Positions 58,562 to 64,000 of a DNA stretch of 64,000 bases are shown here, one piece after another. The DNA comes from a bacterium (GTDB lineage: Bacteria > SAR324 > XYD2-FULL-50-16 > G965216635). The notes beneath the pieces were generated by a model. That model made no database searches, was not told the DNA's origin, and saw nothing but the letters and a program-made list of their open reading frames with translations. Position 1 is the stretch's first letter; every line of letters begins with the position of its first letter. The stretch is from the NCBI GenBank assembly GCA_965216635.1, contig OZ244188.1:136001-200000 (forward strand), in the 5' to 3' direction. A program made the position numbers and the translations under genes.

Positions 58562-59527
58562 CTATAGCAGGGTAAAATTTTCTGGTGGAATTACTTTTAT
58601 TTGTTCTAAATCGGATAGTTCTGGACAAGATTCTTTTAGTGTTTCTAAGGCAGTGATGATTTTTTCTTGTTTTTCTATTTCTAAGGGTAGATAGGGAAGT
58701 CTGCTTACTGGTTTGCATAAACCCATCATAGCTAAAACCGTATTGAGCACGATGGGGTTGGGCTCTATAAATAACGAGACAGTAAAGGGTAAAATTTTTT
58801 TCTGTAGTTCTTCGTTGTTTTCATCCATTAAAATCCGAAAAAGAGCGGGGATCACATTGGCTGTTACAGAAATGACTCCGTGTGATCTGCTGGCTTTAGA
58901 TTTGCTGTCTTTAGATTTTTTGGCTTTGACTATTGGGGCGTGTCTGGATTCAAACGCTTGGTCGTCGTTTCCAGACCAGCAGGCAATGGATTTTTTTTCG
59001 TAGTAGTCAATTCTATCACAGCCAGCACATTCTTTGACTCCTATAAAATTGGGGTGTTTTTGTAGTTTTTCTATAATAGTTGGAGTTATATCTTGGGCGG
59101 TTCTACTGGGAACATTATAGATAAAACAGGGGGCAATGTTTAGCGAAGTTTCTAAATGCAATAAAATACCTGCTTCGTTGGTTTTTCCGTAGTAAGGATT
59201 GATCTGTAGACAGGCGTGGCAACCGTTGTCCGTAGCTTCTTGGGTGGCTTGTTTTGCTTCTTTGGTAGAGTTGCTGCCTGTATTGCCAATAATAAGCAAA
59301 TCTTTACCAAAAAACTCTACTGCATAACGAATGAGTGAAATATTTTCTTTCCAACTCATCAAATGCCCCTCTCCAGTAGTTCCGCAGATTACGAGCCCAT
59401 CTGTGCCTGCTTTGATTTGCCTCACTACTAGCTTATCAAAGGCTGCAAAATCTATTTCTCCTGTTTTTTGATAAGGAGTTTTTATAGCAGTTATTAGCGA
59501 GGCTTGTTTGATTTGTGTTATACTCAT
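58562..59527 (-). CDS. dapA: 4-hydroxy-tetrahydrodipicolinate synthase (plant-like sequence type) with a unique Lys/Ser-rich insertion (…PIVKAKKSKDSKSKASRSHG…)
   Basis: …LITAIKTPY…GTTGEG…IGNTGSNSTKEA…INPYYGKT…YNVPSRTAQDI… conserved DHDPS blocks. Confidence 0.8.
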   Translation of the reverse strand: MSITQIKQASLITAIKTPYQKTGEIDFAAFDKLVVRQIKAGTDGLVICGTTGEGHLMSWKENISLIRYAVEFFGKDLLIIGNTGSNSTKEAKQATQEATDNGCHACLQINPYYGKTNEAGILLHLETSLNIAPCFIYNVPSRTAQDITPTIIEKLQKHPNFIGVKECAGCDRIDYYEKKSIACWSGNDDQAFESRHAPIVKAKKSKDSKSKASRSHGVISVTANVIPALFRILMDENNEELQKKILPFTVSLFIEPNPIVLNTVLAMMGLCKPVSRLPYLPLEIEKQEKIITALETLKESCPELSDLEQIKVIPPENFTLL

Positions 59528-59555
59528 ATCTATGTTATAGTTTTTTTAAATATTT

Positions 59556-59699
59556 TATAGACTTTTGAATTTGCGTTCTGTTTAGCCTATACAGCGTTGA
59601 AAAAATTTTTTAACTCTTGAAATACTTCAGTATTCCAGCGAGCTAAAAAATTTTTTCGCCTTGCCTAGCCGTCACATAACGCAAATTCAAAAGGTCTAT
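59556..59699. mobile_element. Full-length MITE-like element (144 bp), TATAGACTTTTGAATTTG … CAAATTCAAAAGGTCTAT
   Basis: Both inverted termini; body >90% identical to 16384-16521 copy. Confidence 0.7.
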
Positions 59700-59746
59700 T
59701 TTATTTAATAGTTTTTTTAAAGAATTTTATCTATAATATAGAAATA

Positions 59747-60490
59747 ATGATAGAGTTTGTCAATGTTTATAAATCTTTTGGGGATTTTAAAATTTTACAG
59801 GGAATGAGTCTTGTCTTTCCTAAAAAAAAAACAACGGTTTTATTAGGTCGTTCTGGCACTGGAAAATCTGTTACGATAAAACATATACTTGGCTTTTTAG
59901 CTCCTGATAGTGGAAAGGTACTGATTGATCAAAAGGACACTTCTAAGTATTCCAAAAAGGAGTGGAGAAAGGTGAGGAAAAACATTGGGATTTCTTTTCA
60001 GGGCTCGGCTTTGTTTGATTCTATGAGTGTTTTGGAAAATGTGGCTTTTCCCATTCGTGAGCATAGCAAGATGAGTAATGCAAATATTATAGAAAAAGCT
60101 ATGGAAAAATTAGAAATAGTGGGCTTGAAAGAGCATGTTAAGAAAATGCCTAGTGAACTTTCAGGGGGTATGCAAAAAAGGGCTGCTTTAGCAAGGGCTA
60201 TTGCGTTAGATCCTGAGGTGGTTCTTTTTGATGAGCCTACTTCGGGGCTGGATCCTATAGTAACATCTGTAATAGATGAGCTGGTAAAACAAACTCAAGA
60301 AAAAACGGAGTGCACTTTTATTATTATCAGTCATGATATGACGTCTACTTTCCGTGTTGCTGATAAAGTGGCAATGCTTTATCAGGGTAAAATTTTAGAG
60401 GAAGGCACGGTGGAAGAATTTAAAAATACAACAAATTCTTTAGTGTTGCAGTTTATTCATGGGTCTTTGGATGGTGATTTCAAAATCTAA
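59747..60490 (+). CDS. ABC transporter ATP-binding protein, MlaF/Mkl-type (Mce-associated)
   Basis: Walker A GRSGTGKS, signature LSGGMQKR, Walker B VVLFDEPTSGLD; followed by MCE gene. Confidence 0.8.
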   Translation: MIEFVNVYKSFGDFKILQGMSLVFPKKKTTVLLGRSGTGKSVTIKHILGFLAPDSGKVLIDQKDTSKYSKKEWRKVRKNIGISFQGSALFDSMSVLENVAFPIREHSKMSNANIIEKAMEKLEIVGLKEHVKKMPSELSGGMQKRAALARAIALDPEVVLFDEPTSGLDPIVTSVIDELVKQTQEKTECTFIIISHDMTSTFRVADKVAMLYQGKILEEGTVEEFKNTTNSLVLQFIHGSLDGDFKI

Positions 60491-60495
60491 TTATT

Positions 60496-61842
60496 ATGTG
60501 GTCTTTTTTAGCAAAAATCAAAGCAGAAACTTTAGTAGGTATTTTGATAATATCAGGGGTGGGTTTAGTGATTTACAGCTCTATTAAGGTGACTGGTTTC
60601 AAAGATTTTCAGGGTGAGGGGAATATAGTTTATGCTTATTTTGATAATGCCGCTGGATTGTCTCCAAAAACTGCCGTACGTATTGCCGGCATCAAAGTAG
60701 GTCGTATAGAAAATATTAGTTTGGATGAGAGAAAGGCTAAAGTCTCTATACTTGTTTTTTCAGGTTATGCGATTCCAGTGGATTCTATTGCTACTATTAA
60801 AAGTTTAGGGATTCTGGGGGATAAATATGTGGAAATTGCAACAGGTGTAGCAAGCATTCAATTACAAGATGGAGAGATTATTGCTACACAGAACGCTAAA
60901 GGATTGGAGACTGCTATTGAAAATTTGACGGATCTTAGTTTTTCTTTAAAAAGAATTGCTGAGAAAAATGAAGGTGATATTAGAGAACTTATTGCTAATC
61001 TTAAAGTATTTAGTGCAGAATTAAAAACTATTGCGACTAGAGGTGATTTGGGTGATAGTCTTGCTAATCTTAAAGTATTTAGTGCAGAATTAAAAACTAT
61101 TGCGACTAAAGGTGATTTGGGTGATAGTCTTGCTAATCTTGAGTCTATCACGGCTAAAATTGATAAAGGCGAGGGAACTTTGGGACAACTCATCAACGAC
61201 AGCGACACTGTTGAAAAACTTAATGTTGCTTTAGATGATATTGGTAATCTTCTCGGCTCTGCTTCTCGGTGGCAGTATGATGTGGCTTTTGAAGGAGATT
61301 ATCTGGGAAAACAAGGAGTTCTTAAATCAAATTTTGGAGTTAAAATTAGAACCCAAAAGGATAGATTTTATCAGTTTAAGTTAACAAACCATCCTTTTGG
61401 GAAAATAGAAAATAAAACTACTACCCAAACTATCACAGATGCTAGTGGCAATGTGGCAACTAGCACTACCGAAGAAATAATAAAAACAGAAGATTATCTG
61501 CTTTCGTTACAGATTGCAAAAAGGTTTTACGACACGCAATTTAAAATAGGTATTTTTGAAGATACTTTTGGAGTTGGAGTAGAGCAGTTTTTTGGTTTAA
61601 AAGATAGGTTGAGAGTTTATACAGAGGCTTGGAATTTTGGTCGCGAAGACTTGCCTCCACAATCGGTGCTTGGGGGCTCCTACCGCGTGGCAGGTGGATT
61701 ATACTTGAATTTTGGAGTACACGATGTATTTCACAAGGATCCTAAACAAAGAGACTATTTTTTAGGCTTGAAGCTAGAGTTTAAAGAGGACGATCTGAAT
61801 ATTTTAGGGGCTGGGGCTGTGACAGGCGCTATTGCTAGGTAG
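60496..61842 (+). CDS. MCE-family (MlaD-like) substrate-binding protein with long C-terminal extension; contains an internal 69-bp (23-aa) exact duplication
   Basis: N-terminal TM + MCE domain (…YAYFDNAAGLSPKTAVRIAGIKVGRI…); 448 aa. Confidence 0.7.
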   Translation: MWSFLAKIKAETLVGILIISGVGLVIYSSIKVTGFKDFQGEGNIVYAYFDNAAGLSPKTAVRIAGIKVGRIENISLDERKAKVSILVFSGYAIPVDSIATIKSLGILGDKYVEIATGVASIQLQDGEIIATQNAKGLETAIENLTDLSFSLKRIAEKNEGDIRELIANLKVFSAELKTIATRGDLGDSLANLKVFSAELKTIATKGDLGDSLANLESITAKIDKGEGTLGQLINDSDTVEKLNVALDDIGNLLGSASRWQYDVAFEGDYLGKQGVLKSNFGVKIRTQKDRFYQFKLTNHPFGKIENKTTTQTITDASGNVATSTTEEIIKTEDYLLSLQIAKRFYDTQFKIGIFEDTFGVGVEQFFGLKDRLRVYTEAWNFGREDLPPQSVLGGSYRVAGGLYLNFGVHDVFHKDPKQRDYFLGLKLEFKEDDLNILGAGAVTGAIAR

Positions 61843-62140
61843 ATTTTTGAATTTGTGTTCTGTTTAGCCAGAGCAAGCGTTAAATTTTTTTTTTTGCACT
61901 TTTCTAACCATTTGGCTAGCCTCAATAGTGGGGTAAGCATCAGCGAAATCCTTAAAGATTTATTGAGGTTTAATAAGTAGTGAGAAACTGCTATTTTAAT
62001 GTTTTTTGAAAAAATTTTTGATTTTTTTTAAAAAACTTGAATTTTTTGTTTTAAAAGGGTATTCTATAGAGAAAGCTTGAATTTTTAAGGAGGATTTTAT
62101 TTGCTGAAAGTACAAAATAGACGAAATTCAAAGGTCTATA
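61841..62140. mobile_element. MITE-like element, longer/composite variant: 5' terminus AGATTTTTGAATTTGTGTTCTGTTTAGCC at 61841, 3' terminus AAATTCAAAGGTCTATA at about 62124-62140
   Basis: Terminal sequences match family; interior differs (may be two partial copies). Confidence 0.4.
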
Positions 62141-62313
62141 ATAGCACCATTGGCTCTTTTGTATTGCATTTTTGCTAGAAAACATTCATAGCTCTAATTT
62201 GAAATATTAATTTTTTTACTATTTTTACCTGATTCTATTATTTTCTTGACAGAAATATTTTTTTCGGCTAGGATGTTGTAGAATTTAACTTTGACTAACC
62301 AAACATAACAAAA

Positions 62314-64000
62314 AATGACTAGTTCAACAATTCATGGACCGGATGTTGTACATCCAGAGAAAGCTAGTGCTGTAGGCTCTAGAAATAGTTTGAATCGTAA
62401 CGCCAGAGACGAGTATAAAGAATCTAAATATGTTGTTGATGAAGAAGTAGATAAGGTTCTCAATCATATCAATTCAAAGTTGCCTCCGGAAGTTCTTAGT
62501 AAACTCCATATCAGCTCTTCTATAAAAGAATTGCTTCATAGTTATTTTAACCAGGGGTTACATAACATGACAAACCGCTATCTTACAACAGTGGAAGATG
62601 AGATGGCTAAGAAATTTAGGGACTTTGTAGATAGTGCCGAACAGCATGGGTTGAATAAATATACTCCTGGTGAGGTGCCTAAGTTGTTAAATCAAATCGG
62701 CGGAGAAGGTAAATTTAATACTACAGAGGTAGAAAAATCTGTAGTTAATATTTATGGCCATCTTCAAGGGCACGTACAAAGAGGGCAGTTTGAATTAGAA
62801 CAAGAAACGAATAGCTTGCTTAGACAAAAGGTAGATATAGGCGCTTTTATTCGTGGGGAAAATGTTCATTCTATTATTAAATGTGTTTTTAAGGATTCCC
62901 TTATTAAACCAGAAACAGTCACAGACATTTCTTTGGCTATTAATATTTTAGATGAGGATATGTTTAGTCCAATCTATCACTACCGAAGACCAGTCCATAC
63001 TATTTTGTCGCATGTTATCTCAGACGCTATATTCACCTATGTGGACAACCATGTGAAGAAAAAAAATGTAGATGTGGTGGATAAAGGAGGGGAAGACTTC
63101 TCGGCTCACGATATTTTCTTTGAAAAGGTTAAGTCCGTGGAGAATTTATTTTCGTCGGTAAAAACAGAGAAAGGTGAACAGATTAGCCATGCAACAGAAT
63201 TAAAAGAGATGAGTGAAGGATATGTATCTCTTGTTAAAGGTATACCAGCTGAGTTGAGTAAGTTGTATTCAGATCCTTTGTCTGTTAAAGAAAATATTGT
63301 TAAATTGTTGGATGCGGATTCTGTTAGAAACAGAGGTTTTAATACCGCAGTGAATACTATCACCGCCATCTTAGATACTTCTAGAATGGGTTATCAATTT
63401 ATTGAGAATAATAAAAATGCCAGACAACTTTTAATTAGGGAGTATGAAGATGAGAATAAGGAAAACTTACCAGATGAAAATTATGAGATTAGTATGAAGT
63501 ATTTAGATGCTGAACAGCTAAGAGAATTTCGTATTTCCTATGTTCAGACATTTAGTGATTTTGAAATTCAAACGAAAATGGTCTGGGATGTTTGTAAGGA
63601 GATCTATAATGAAACCAAGAGGGATTTTAATAGAATAGATTATGACGATGTCAAACAGGAATACTTAGGCAAAAGAAAAAAAGGCTTGTTTGCTAGAATT
63701 TTTTCCTCCCTAGGAGCCAGTGACACTGAGGATGATTTTGAAGAAAATGAAAAAATATGGGATGAAATTTTGTTCATCCATCCAGATGAAACGGAAATTG
63801 AAAAAGCGAATGCCACTTTTAGAGATTCTTTTAACAGAACAACTAAACTCTTTGAGTTGATAAGAACAGAAATGGAATCTGTTTTTCAGAGAATCTATCC
63901 TGTAGAAAGAGTTTACGTAGAAGAAAGGGTGGATGCTTTAGAAGAAAGTTTAAATGAGTTTTATAAGATGTACAATCCCTTTCACTGTCAACCTGGTTTG
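62314..64000 (+). CDS. Partial CDS (N-terminal >560 aa of a large acidic/Lys-rich protein; runs off window end). Hypothetical, possibly secreted/effector-like
   Basis: Uninterrupted frame from ATG at 62314 (MTSSTIHGPDVVHPEK…) to window end; not in ORF track because no stop inside the window. Confidence 0.5.

Overview
This 64 kb window is AT-rich chromosome from a Gram-negative bacterium that I cannot assign to a taxon. The Gram-negative call rests on a periplasmic cyclophilin, an MCE/MlaD-type protein, lipoproteins, outer-membrane beta-barrel proteins ending in Phe, and a signal-peptide-bearing minimal ATP-dependent DNA ligase. Housekeeping genes lie in a scrambled order: cfa, xdhA/xdhB, two ABC exporters, rsfS, a recO-like gene, moaC, rplJ-rplL, tRNA-Leu(CAA), an aminotransferase, citramalate synthase, trmL, hisS, a 3-hydroxyacid dehydrogenase, rpmA, rplU, ppiA, a fused ATP sulfurylase/APS kinase, icd, pheT, pta, dapA, and mlaF-like plus MCE genes. 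Several of these (HisRS, IDH, Sat-CysC fusion, a plant-like DapA) look eukaryote-like. Three accessory layers sit on top of this. (1) A complete Type III restriction-modification cassette (mod + res) is inserted exactly between xdhA and xdhB. A GmrSD-like DUF262/DUF1524 Type IV restriction enzyme and a Panacea-domain antitoxin with a small RelE/HigB-like toxin candidate, wedged between icd and pheT, add to the defence content. (2) Two mirror-image blocks (about 11.95-21.6 kb on +, 52.8-58.4 kb on -) each hold a paralogous outer-membrane protein family (5 genes) followed by tandem arrays (5 and 7 genes) of small Bdr-like/DUF1640-like coiled-coil membrane proteins. The OMPs have in-frame pentapeptide VNTRs in an unusually long N-terminal extension. 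The Bdr-like proteins have a conserved N-domain, a variable number of 11-aa (33-bp) repeats, and three interchangeable C-terminal transmembrane cassettes. The arrays also show shared promoter modules, 14-bp promoter VNTRs, a near-identical 1043-bp tandem duplication, and gene remnants at the edges, all consistent with ongoing amplification, recombination or variation. (3) A family of about 60-170 bp MITE-like elements (inverted termini TATAGACYTTTGAATTTG ... CAAATTCAAAGGTCTATA) is scattered through at least ten intergenic sites; one sits inside a terminator hairpin with an apparent 8-bp target duplication. The most interesting candidate system is the OMP + Bdr-like variable surface-protein locus, present as a large inverted duplication.
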